From an uncultured Spirochaetota bacterium (GTDB taxonomy: Bacteria > Spirochaetota > Spirochaetia > SZUA-6 > Fen-1364): a DNA stretch of 64,000 nt. The notes under the pieces were generated by a model. The model made no database searches, was not told where the DNA came from, and saw only the letters and a program-made list of their open reading frames with translations. Numbering within the stretch: the stretch's first letter is position 1; every line of letters starts with the position of its first letter. Below, in pieces: positions 1-8,563 of this stretch. The position numbers and the translations under genes were made by a program. The stretch covers positions 704,001 to 768,000 of the forward strand of contig CAVTHO010000007.1 in the NCBI GenBank assembly GCA_963734545.1. The letters run 5' to 3'.

Positions 1-841
1 TGTCCCGACCGGGGAAGCGAAAACTCACTCCTTCCACCCTGAGCTGGACCTGGGCAGACCCTCCGCGGGAGGGCCCCTTTTCCTTGCGCGGGAGGATACC
101 TTCGCCGGACAGCGCGCGGTGGAGCTCGGGCGCATCTCCGCTGTCCGCAGATGAGACTATCCGGCCCTGCGAGAGGAGCGCGAAATGGCCGCCCCTGTCC
201 GCCAGGAGCGGGGACCACCTCGAAGCAAGCGCAAGCACGGTCCTTCCCGTTTCAGCGAGAAGGTCCAGCGTGGCGGTTTTCCAGGCCTGATCGAGCTCGT
301 CGAGGGACTCGTCGAGGATCCAGAGCGCGGGCCCGATCGCAAGAAGACACGCAAGGAGAAGTCTCTTTTTCTCCCCTCCCGAAAGAGTGGACGGATTTCT
401 GTCTTTGAATGCAGAGAGACCCATTTTTCGGAGGCTCTCCTCCACCCGGTCGACAATTCGAGGCCGGGGCACTCCAAGGGATTCAAGGGCAAATGCCAGC
501 TCAGTGTCACAACGGGTCGTGAAGATCTGCTCATCAGAATCCTGGGAGACGAGCCCGACTTTTTCCATGAGCTCGAACGGCGCGGATTTTCGCACATCCT
601 GGCCGTCGAGAATGATCGTCCCGTCCAGCGTGCCCCCCGAGAAGCGCGGCACGAGTCCCGCCACGATCCGCGCAAAGGTGGTCTTGCCCGCGTCGGCTGC
701 CCCGAAAAGCACGGTCACACCGCCCGTCCTGATTGTCAGCGTGAACCCGTCATGCACCGGGGCGGCTTTCTCCACGCCCATGCGGGGGTAGCGGAATGAC
801 AGGTCCTTCACGATGAGCAGCGGAGTGTCCGGGAGGTCCAT
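1..841 (-). CDS. ECF/ABC transporter ATP-binding protein (EcfA/CbiO-like), runs off the window edge
   Basis: Hand translation from ATG at 841: MDLPDTPLLIVKDLSFRY, Walker A GAADAGKTT, Q-loop GLVSQDSDEQIF, signature LSGGEKKR, Walker B WILDE. Not in the ORF track because it has no stop in the window. Confidence 0.85.
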   Translation of the reverse strand, partial: MDLPDTPLLIVKDLSFRYPRMGVEKAAPVHDGFTLTIRTGGVTVLFGAADAGKTTFARIVAGLVPRFSGGTLDGTIILDGQDVRKSAPFELMEKVGLVSQDSDEQIFTTRCDTELAFALESLGVPRPRIVDRVEESLRKMGLSAFKDRNPSTLSGGEKKRLLLACLLAIGPALWILDESLDELDQAWKTATLDLLAETGRTVLALASRWSPLLADRGGHFALLSQGRIVSSADSGDAPELHRALSGEGILPRKEKGPSRGGSAQVQLRVEGVSFRFPGRD

Positions 842-889
842 CCTGGGAAGCGCCTTTCTGACACTATAGTGGTGGTCGACTGATCCGCG

Positions 890-1006
890 TCAAGGCCGAC
901 GAACGCGCCGATGGCGCCGCAATCTCAGGATCCAGTACCCGGCCCAGGACACCGACAAGAGGGCCGGGATCCCGACGATGAGCACTTTTGCAAGCGTATC
1001 ACTCAT
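890..1006 (-). CDS. Putative 38-aa single-pass membrane protein
   Basis: MSDTLAKVLIVGIPALLSVSWAGYWILRLRRHRRVRRP: one hydrophobic helix and an Arg-rich tail; sigma70-like TTGATG-N17-TATGGT at 1045-1017. Confidence 0.45.
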   Translation of the reverse strand: MSDTLAKVLIVGIPALLSVSWAGYWILRLRRHRRVRRP

Positions 1007-1045
1007 TGACACAGCCACCATACAGGATCGCGCACCGGGCATCAA

Positions 1046-1185
1046 TCGCGGTCGCTCCTGGCGACATTCGCGGTCGCTTCTGGCGACATTCGCGGTCGCT
1101 CCTGGCGACATTCGCGGTCGCTCCTGGCGACATTCGCGGTCGCTCCTGGCGACATGCGCGGTCGCTCCTGGCGACATTCGCGGTC
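1046..1185. repeat. Tandem repeat, 22-bp unit TCGCGGTCGCTCCTGGCGACAT x6 plus a partial unit
   Basis: Read directly; two single-base variants; each unit holds the inverted repeat GTCGC-N5-GCGAC; begins at the archease stop codon. Confidence 0.97.
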
Positions 1186-1627
1186 ACGCGTCCAGGACGA
1201 CCTCCGCTTCCCAGCCGTCCTGCACCGCCTCCACCCGGTAGCGATAGAGACTGACCGCTTTCACGTCCGCGGCCAGCTTGTGCCTCATGGGATCGATCCG
1301 TTCTCCCCTGAGCACGGCGGACAGGGAGGCGACGGGAAGCGCGTTGCCCGCGCCTTCCGCGATCCGCACGGATTCGATTCTCAGCAGCAGGCCTTCGGTG
1401 TCCTTGGAAACGATCACCCACTGCAGGAGCTCGAAGAGCAGCATCTCGATTCCCTCGGCGGACAGCTGGATCTCCCTTTCCTCACGGGGAGTGATGGAAA
1501 AGAGATCGTAGACCATCGCGTTGACCAGCGCATCCACGGACGAATGAAACAGCTCCTCCAGCGTTTCTCCCGTTGCCGAGAACGCGACATCCGCGATTGC
1601 CCGGTCATCAAGATAGCGCCAAGGCAC
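1184..1627 (-). CDS. Archease family protein (SHS2 fold)
   Basis: 147 aa; N-terminal YLDDRAIADV, central LLFELL, C-terminal DVKAVSLY...AEVVLDA typical of archease. Confidence 0.8.
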   Translation of the reverse strand: MPWRYLDDRAIADVAFSATGETLEELFHSSVDALVNAMVYDLFSITPREEREIQLSAEGIEMLLFELLQWVIVSKDTEGLLLRIESVRIAEGAGNALPVASLSAVLRGERIDPMRHKLAADVKAVSLYRYRVEAVQDGWEAEVVLDA

Positions 1628-1680
1628 GCCGCTCGCCCCTTGGGGAGAATATACTCAAAAAGCTTCGGCAGGTGCCTGTT

Positions 1681-2648
1681 TCAATACCGGCGATGCAGCA
1701 GCTTTTCCGTCACCCCGACCAGCGTGTCGATTGAAGGGTGGGACGGCAACCGACGAATTTCCCGCAGAGACCTTTCCGTGTACTGCTGGGCACGCAGGCG
1801 CGCCCCTTCGAACCCGCCCCTTTCCTCTATCAGGCGCGCGGCGCGGGACAGCGCGCGGCGCCCCCGGGGCCGCCGCGCCAGCGCGGCAGCCAGCTTGTCG
1901 TCATCACCGCGCAAGGCGATGATGGTCGGAAGCGTGTAGATCCCCTGCGAGATGTCGCTTCCCGTCGGCTTGCCGGTTTCCGCGCCGTGCCCTCTCGAAA
2001 TCCAGGATATCATCGATGATCTGGAAGCCCATGCCCAGGCAGTAGCCGAGTCTCCTGAATATGCTGCACACCTGGGCGGTACATCCGCTCTCGTGCGCCC
2101 CGACGTAGAAGGACAGGGAGAACAGCGCGGCGGTCTTTCCCGCGATCCTTCGAAGATACCGGCGGATGCTCGTGCTGGGCGTCATAGCGATCGGCGGACT
2201 GGCTGATCTCGCTGCCGCAGATACGGGCAACCAGCCGGGAGAGGGCCTGCGCATTGTCCACCTTTGCCAGGTCTGCAATCAGCGAAAAACACGACGCAAA
2301 GAGCCAGTCTCCGACAAGAACCGCCTTGCGCGGCCCGTGCAGGACATGCAGCGTGGCGACTCCCCGGCGGGTCGGTGCACCGTCGATGACGTCATCATGC
2401 ACGAGTGTCGCCATGTGCAGCATCTCGACGGCCGCGCCTATGCGGATCATCCGCGCCGCATCCGGGGTACCGAAGCGCGAGGACAGGAGGACAAACGCGG
2501 GACGCAGCATCTTTCCGCTCGCATCCAGAAGCTGACGGACCGCGCCATGCACCTCCGTGTCGTCCGTGGCGGCGCGCGAGAGGATCGTCTCCCGCACGCA
2601 GTCGAGCTCACGCGCCAGCTCCGGATGCCCGTCCCAGAAGGGCCTCAT
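1681..2648 (-). CDS. Polyprenyl diphosphate synthase (HepT/DmkB-like); two apparent frameshifts (~2170, ~1990)
   Basis: GKMLRP, first Asp-rich motif LVHDDVID..RRG, GKTAALF, FQIIDDILD and GKPTGSDI distributed over ORFs 2010-2648, 1904-2278 and 1681-2013. Confidence 0.88.
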
Positions 2649-2651
2649 TTC

Positions 2652-4711
2652 TTATTTCGTTGGTTCATCCGCGTAGAACCGGGTCTTTCTGGCGAACCGG
2701 GTGCCGTTCCACCATCTCTTGAAAAACGGCACAACCCAGGTGTCGAGCCCGAACGCCCTGCCTGCCCCGCCCATCATGAGGATAGCGGCGAAGAAGAACC
2801 AGAGCTGATTCCACGCGAACATGCCGGAGAGCGTGAAGATCAGGCACATCCCGATCGAGGCCACCGCCGCCCACCAGGTGAACAGACCGCCGAAGAGCGC
2901 GAGCCCGATGAGCAGCTCGGCGAAGACAATCATCACCTGAAACCAGGAATACGGCAGATAGGCGAAGATCCCGTCCATGAAGGTCTGCCGGAACCAGGTC
3001 ACGAGGCCCGAGCCGGGATCCAGGATGGTCTTTGTCGTGTCGAGCCAGGGCCCGTGCACCGCCGGGGCGGCCGCGCCAGCCGCACCGGAGGCCGCGGACG
3101 CTGCGGAGGTGACATCCACCGCAGCGGCGGCGCCGGCCGCGGCGCCGGCCGCCGCAGCCCCTGATTGCGCGGCAGAGGCGGCCGTGGTGGCGTCCGGGAT
3201 TTTCAGCCCTGCCTGGATGACACCCGGGGAAAACATCCAGCCTGTCTGGCTCTTGCCGGTGGAAAAATCGAGCCATCCCTGCGTGATCTTGTTCGTCGAC
3301 TCCACGACCCACATGAATCCGAGCCATAGTCTCAGGAGCAGGGGCCAGTAGCCGCGCACCTTGTACGAGGCCAGCGCTCCCACGAAAGACCGCCCGTTCT
3401 TTACGTCGAGGAATTCGTGCTTGACGTACTCCCACACCTGATTGACGCCGGCCGTGCCGAAGAGATGCACCACGTTGATCAGGTGTTTCACCGCAATGGC
3501 AAAGATTCCCGTCAGCGAGATGCCCATGACATGGGCCACGCCGGAGAATGCTCCCAGGGAAACCATGATCCCGTGGTAGCGCGAGCGGAAAGCCTTCATT
3601 TGTCCGTTGGTGATGTCCGCGATGATATTGTGCGCCGCTGTCTCCGCGGTCTGCACGGCGGCCTCCACGATCTGGGGATTGACCCTCTTGCCTTCCAGGT
3701 GCCACGCGACGTCCCCGACGATGTAGACGTTCGGATAGTCGACGGACTGCATGTATTCGTTGGCAAGCAGGCGGCCCCTTTTGCCCTCGATATAGCGGTC
3801 CTTGGAAAAAGTGCAGTTCTTCACGCCGCAGGTGCCCTGAGTCGTGGCGAACCGGCACATTCGGTTGCCGCATTTTCCCTTTGTGAGCGCCAGGTTTGCC
3901 GCAAACTCGCAGCCCTGGATTCCGCAGGTCCAGATGAATGTCCGGGTGGCGATGGACCTGTTCCCGGCCAGGAGCACTCCATTCTGGTCCGCGCCGATGA
4001 TGGGAGAGCGCAGCATGATCTGCACCCCCCGTTTTTCCAGTGAGCGCTTGTGCTTTCTGCTGCAGCTTCTGGGGAAGATTCGGAATGATCGCGTCCAGTG
4101 CCTCCACGACGATGATGCGGACTTCCTTTTCATCGATGTGGTGCGCGCGGCACAGCACGCGCCGCTGGTCCTTGAGCTCACCCGCGAGCTCGATACCGGT
4201 AAAGCCCGCTCCGGCTATGACGAAAGTCAGGAGCTCCGCCCGCTTCGCCGGGTCCTTCTCCGCGGCCGCCCGGCGGAAAACATCCTCGATATGGCGGCGA
4301 ATCTCCAGCGCGTCCTCGAATGACCAGATGGTGAAGGCGTGTTCCTTGATGCCCGGGATGCCGTAGTACTCCGGCTCTCCTCCCACCCCGAGCACGATGT
4401 AGTCAAACGCATACTGCCCGGTGTCGGAAATGGCCTGACGCGCCTCGAAATCTATCGTGCGTATCCTGTCAGTCACAAGGGAGACCGGTCGGGCGCCGAA
4501 GATCTTTTTGAAGCTGATCTGAACGGAAGCGGGGTCCACACGGCCGCCCGCCACTTCGTGCAGCTCGGTCATGAGCGTGTGGTGCCGCGTTCTTGTCTAT
4601 CAGCGTGATCTCGATGTCGCGACGCATCCCGATCTTGCGCGCGAGCACTTTGGCGGCTTCGACTCCGCCGTACCCTCCGCCCAGAACGAGGATGCGGGTA
4701 ATGTCTGGCAT
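2652..4711 (-). CDS. ndh: Type II NADH:quinone oxidoreductase with C-terminal DoxX-like membrane domain (Listeria Ndh2-like); two apparent frameshifts (~4588, ~4050)
   Basis: FAD motif LGGGYGG, TELHEVA, NAD motif IAGAGFTGIELAGE, YIVGD, then membrane domain LLLRLWLG...ELLIGLALFGGLFT...GAGRAFGLD. Confidence 0.88.
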
Positions 4712-4734
4712 GTTTGTCCTCTTAGGTTCACCCC

Positions 4735-4762
4735 ATCCTACTAAGGCGAGGGGAATTGTCAA
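4735..4762 (-). promoter_or_regulatory. Sigma70-like promoter for ndh
   Basis: TTGACA-N16-TAGGAT on the minus strand, with RBS AAGAGGA before the ATG at 4711. Confidence 0.55.
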
Positions 4763-4834
4763 TACTGAGGGGTGTGCGCCCGACAGAAAGGCCGCAATTG
4801 CGCCGACCGGCAGCGGCGTGCTATAAAACGTTCC

Positions 4835-5872
4835 ATGGCTCGGTCCTTGCGGTGGCCGCGGCGCGCGGCCGCTGCCGCCCTTCTCATCCTGGCCGGCGTC
4901 TTTCCCACGGCAGCCGAACCACTCAAGCGTTCCGTCCTCAATCTCCTGGGAACCACTTCGGAGATCACGCTGTATGCCGGCGGCACGGAGTCCGCCTTCG
5001 ATGCCGCATTTGCCCGGATCGCCGAGATAGACTCGGCCATGACGATCAACAAGCCCGACAGCGAGGTGATCCGGGTGAACAAGGCAGCCGGTCTGCATCC
5101 GGTCAAGGTGGCGCCCGATGTGTTTTTTGTCATCAAGCGCGGTCTTGAGTTCTCCCTCCTGGGGAACGGCGCCTTCGATATCACGGTTGCCCCCCTCGTG
5201 GCGCTCTGGGGAATCGGCACGGCGCACGCGCGCGTTCCCCGCCCGGATGAGATCAAGGAAACACTCGCCCTCGTCGGCAGCAGAAATCTCGAGCTTCAGG
5301 AGGCCGGCTCCACCGTGTTCCTGAAGAGGCCGGGCATGGGAATCGACCTCGGTTCCATGGCCAAGGGATATGCCGCGGACGAGGTGGCGCGTGTCCTGAG
5401 GGAGCACGGAGTCACGAGTGCCTTGATCAACCTCGGCGGCAATATTCTCACAATGGGACAGAAGCCGGACGGCACCCCGTGGCGCATCGGCATCCAGAAT
5501 CCCGAGGAGCCGAGAGGCACCCCGGTCGGCGTCGTCGAGATCCCGCGCGGCTCGGTCACCACCGCCGGCACCTACGAGCGGTATTTCACTTCGGGGGGAA
5601 AGAGATACTTCCATATCCTCGATGCAAGGACCGGATACCCTGCGTGGAACGGGCTTGCGGCCGTTTCAATAGTTGCCGGTGATTCCATGAGCGCGGACGG
5701 ATATGACACGGTTGTTTTCACCCAGGGGCTGAACGCCGGGCGCGCGCTCGTCGAGGCTGCGCATGGCGCAATCGAAGCGGTCTTCATTACGGAGAAGCGC
5801 GGGATCTATGTCACTCCGGCGCTGCGCCCGAGATTCAAGCTCAGCGATTCACGGTTCACGATGATCAACTAG
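4835..5872 (+). CDS. apbE: FAD:protein FMN transferase (ApbE/FmnB)
   Basis: GAFDITVAPLVALWG, IDLGSMAKGYAAD, INLGGN, WRIGIQNP, GTYERYF, HILDARTG motifs; N-terminal signal peptide. Confidence 0.93.
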   Translation: MARSLRWPRRAAAAALLILAGVFPTAAEPLKRSVLNLLGTTSEITLYAGGTESAFDAAFARIAEIDSAMTINKPDSEVIRVNKAAGLHPVKVAPDVFFVIKRGLEFSLLGNGAFDITVAPLVALWGIGTAHARVPRPDEIKETLALVGSRNLELQEAGSTVFLKRPGMGIDLGSMAKGYAADEVARVLREHGVTSALINLGGNILTMGQKPDGTPWRIGIQNPEEPRGTPVGVVEIPRGSVTTAGTYERYFTSGGKRYFHILDARTGYPAWNGLAAVSIVAGDSMSADGYDTVVFTQGLNAGRALVEAAHGAIEAVFITEKRGIYVTPALRPRFKLSDSRFTMIN

Positions 5873-5893
5873 CTTCCGTCTTTCGCGCCTCCC

Positions 5894-6832
5894 CTACCTC
5901 CCGGGCAGGAGCAGCGAGATGCAGAAGAGAACGCCGAACACGAGATGGTGGAGCATCACGAGCGGGATGACCGGCTTCCTCTTTTCCGGCGCCCGGGGCA
6001 TGAATAAAAACGGGGGCACGGTGAGGGGCAGCGCGAGGTAGATCAGCCAGGGAGGAGGATAGAGGCCTCCCAGCAGGAGCAGGACGGGACTCGCATACGC
6101 GCACCCCAGAAGCACGCAATATACGCCTATGGCGCGCCGGTAGCCGATACGCACGGTGAGTGTCCGCAGAGCGTATCGACTGTCTGATTCGAAATCCCGA
6201 AGCTCATTTGCCAGGAGGATGAGGGATACGAGGAAGCTCACGGGAATCGAAACCAGCACGACCTTCCAGGAGAAGGCCCCCGAGACGGCGGAGTAGGCGC
6301 CCGCGACCATGCACACGCCCATCAGGAAGAAGACGATCACCACGGCGAGCCCCCGCCGTTTATAGTTGAGAGGCTCCCCGGTGTAGAAGAATCCGCCGGC
6401 GAATCCCACGAGCCCCAGGATGATGAGAGCCCAGCCGCTCCGCCATGCCAGGAACAATCCGAGAAGTCCGGCAAAACCGAAAAACGCGAGTCCGACAAGG
6501 AAGATGAGCCACTCCAGCAGCTCGCGATCGGCCTTTGTGAATCCGAGATGCGCGACCTTGTCCCCTACCCTTTTCTGACGAAACTCGAAGAAATCATTGA
6601 CGAGATTCACACCGGCCTGCAGCGCGAGCCCGTCTGCCATCACGCAGATCGCGTTCAGGAGATCGCCGCGGCCGTCGCGGTAGGCGAGCAGCACTCCCAG
6701 CGAGCACGAGAATGCGGCGATCACCAGCGAGGGGAAGCGCAGGGCAATGAAGCCCGCGCGCCACGCGCGCAGGTCGAAAGCGAGGCGCAGCGAGTCCCGT
6801 ACGAGGGGGCGCAGGAGGGCGATGAGCTTCAT
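5894..6832 (-). CDS. UbiA-family prenyltransferase, MenA/DmkA-like
   Basis: NLVNDFFEF, FFYTGEPLNYK and LANELRDFESD..TLTVRIG motifs; multiple TM helices. Confidence 0.85.
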   Translation of the reverse strand: MKLIALLRPLVRDSLRLAFDLRAWRAGFIALRFPSLVIAAFSCSLGVLLAYRDGRGDLLNAICVMADGLALQAGVNLVNDFFEFRQKRVGDKVAHLGFTKADRELLEWLIFLVGLAFFGFAGLLGLFLAWRSGWALIILGLVGFAGGFFYTGEPLNYKRRGLAVVIVFFLMGVCMVAGAYSAVSGAFSWKVVLVSIPVSFLVSLILLANELRDFESDSRYALRTLTVRIGYRRAIGVYCVLLGCAYASPVLLLLGGLYPPPWLIYLALPLTVPPFLFMPRAPEKRKPVIPLVMLHHLVFGVLFCISLLLPGR

Positions 6833-6842
6833 CCGCGCCCGC

Positions 6843-7481
6843 TCACATGCCCCAGAAGGGCCGGGGACGCACCAGCGTGTACACGAGAGGTGCCCAATTG
6901 ACACAGACAACCACGGCCAGCGCGAGAATTCCTTTGAGCGTGGAGCGGACCGGGGCGCGAGGGTCCCGCGAGACCGACCCACCGGCGGCCTGGATTTCAA
7001 TGAGAATCCGATCGATGCTGCCGATGATGTCTTTTCGATCCATCTCCCGCCTTTGGCTCATGATCGATTCGAAATAGTAGAATGACCTGCCGAGGAGCCC
7101 GCCCATTCGGCCGGGAAGCCGGAGATCGGACCTCAGGGAGAATTGGGACAAGGCGATGAGCCCGATCATTGCCGTTGCCTTGGAAACCCCTGTTTTCAAC
7201 GCCCCCTCGGTAAGCGGAAGCCCGAGCACATCCACAAGCACTTTTCCCGTGGGAATTGCCAGGTTGAATAGAACTATGCCGGCAGCAATGACCAGGAACT
7301 GCAATGGCCTTACCCGTCGGCCGGTGAGCGCATTCAGGCTGGCGACAAAAACGATCAGCAGCCCCCGCAGCACCAGGTCCTGCTGGAGCAGGAAAGCGGG
7401 AAAAAGCAATGCTCCCGCGGCGAGAAGGGCTCCCGGAGTGACATGTGCCTGCAGGAAGACGCCGAGGCTCCGGTCCTTCAC
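6843..7481 (-). CDS. Membrane protein, possibly a divergent EcfT/FmnA-like component
   Basis: Several TM segments and LFNLAIPTGKVL..LTEGALKTG; GTG start overlaps the upstream stop; position within the locus. Confidence 0.5.
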   Translation of the reverse strand: MKDRSLGVFLQAHVTPGALLAAGALLFPAFLLQQDLVLRGLLIVFVASLNALTGRRVRPLQFLVIAAGIVLFNLAIPTGKVLVDVLGLPLTEGALKTGVSKATAMIGLIALSQFSLRSDLRLPGRMGGLLGRSFYYFESIMSQRREMDRKDIIGSIDRILIEIQAAGGSVSRDPRAPVRSTLKGILALAVVVCVNWAPLVYTLVRPRPFWGM

Positions 7482-8011
7482 GTGATTTCTCTCGCTGACG
7501 CCAGCCATCGGGACCGCGACGCGAACTTTTCGGCAAAGGCGCCCAGGACAGCGGCGGTCACAGTGCCGAGGGCGATGAAAGGAGGCGCGATCAGCCAGGC
7601 TCCCTCCCCGAATATCAAGGCGCGCGCCAGCCAGAGCTGCATCGTGTTGCTGAAAAGCGCGCCGAATACTCCCACACCAATCAGCGAGATGTGTCTGCCG
7701 CACACCCGCCGGAAAAACAGCATGGAAAGCGCGCTTGCAAGCGAACCGACCGCGGAAAAGAGAAAGACGTAGGACAGGAGTGTCCCTCCCAGGAGGGCCT
7801 GTCCGAGGATCTTCAACATCACCACGAGAAGGACGAGGGGCACGGGAAGCAGATCGAGGCTGATGAGGACCGGGAGGTTGGCAATTCCCACGCGGAGAAA
7901 GGGAACCGGCTTGGGGATCATGTACTCGATTGCCGAGAGAAACAGGCACATTGCGCCAAGGAGCGCGACCAGGTCGAGTCTCCTAGTAAGAGATGTCGTC
8001 GATTTTCTCAC
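7478..8011 (-). CDS. Gx transporter / heptaprenyl diphosphate synthase component I family membrane protein
   Basis: LSAIEYMIPKPVPFLRVGIANL...SLIGVGVFGALFSNTMQL family signature. Confidence 0.85.
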   Translation of the reverse strand: MRKSTTSLTRRLDLVALLGAMCLFLSAIEYMIPKPVPFLRVGIANLPVLISLDLLPVPLVLLVVMLKILGQALLGGTLLSYVFLFSAVGSLASALSMLFFRRVCGRHISLIGVGVFGALFSNTMQLWLARALIFGEGAWLIAPPFIALGTVTAAVLGAFAEKFASRSRWLASAREIT

Positions 8012-8348
8012 CGCTCGTTCCTCGTACCCGCACGAAAACCCGATTCGGCAGGCAGGCGATCCATTGCCCCGGCCTCGAGATGGCGGGCATGTGGACACAC
8101 AGCTTGTCGGGGCAGGGAGAGTCCACGACCGAGGCGCTCCCGTCCTGTATCGCGACGATCGTCCCTCCCAGGGGGCCCATGACCGTCTCTCTTCTGTCCT
8201 GGTCCAGCGGGTAAATCCACCGGGCACCGGACGCCTCGATCACCACCTCCCCGGCGCCGGCCCTCCCCGCGTACGCGTATAGAGAGAATCCTCCGATGGC
8301 AAGGAGAGAAATCAAGACGGCGAGAAAATCCACTGCTCTGAGCTTCAT
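7983..8348 (-). CDS. NusG domain II-containing membrane-anchored protein
   Basis: N-terminal TM helix, GPLG, SPCPDKLCV...IACLPNRV motif. Confidence 0.88.
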   Translation of the reverse strand: MKLRAVDFLAVLISLLAIGGFSLYAYAGRAGAGEVVIEASGARWIYPLDQDRRETVMGPLGGTIVAIQDGSASVVDSPCPDKLCVHMPAISRPGQWIACLPNRVFVRVRGTSGEKIDDISY

Positions 8349-8387
8349 GTGAGCAAAAAGATCGGTTCCGCTTCAGACTGCGAAGAA

Positions 8388-8462
8388 TGGGCGGCACAAG
8401 AGTTGAACTTGTGACCCCCAGCGTGTCGAGCTGGTGCTCTAACCAAACTGAGCTAGCCGCCC
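8388..8462 (-). tRNA. tRNA-Val(GAC)
   Basis: Cloverleaf GGGCGGC...GCCGCCC-A; anticodon arm CCAGC-TCGACAC-GCTGG; T-loop GTTCAA; no encoded CCA; upstream TTGACA-N18-TAGAGT. Confidence 0.93.
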
Positions 8463-8563
8463 CTCGGGCGGACAATTGTCCCGCCCCTGCGCAAAGGACT
8501 CTATCCAATCGACGGGCGAAGTGTCAAGACAACTCTTCCACGAAACTCCGTGGAGCGGGATGC

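Noticed and set aside
185-799. Long antisense or alternate-frame ORFs here and throughout (e.g. 31318-32706, 42897-44282, 57008-58744)
   Set aside because: Shadow ORFs expected at high GC; they lie opposite well-supported genes and have no recognisable motifs.
1046-1185. Palindromic repeat arrays (also 50229-50323) as CRISPR arrays
   Set aside because: Units are directly adjacent with no unique spacers, and no cas genes are present.
8349-8462. tRNA-Val as the attachment site of a genomic island
   Set aside because: No integrase, no duplicated tRNA 3' end and no obvious compositional shift in the window.
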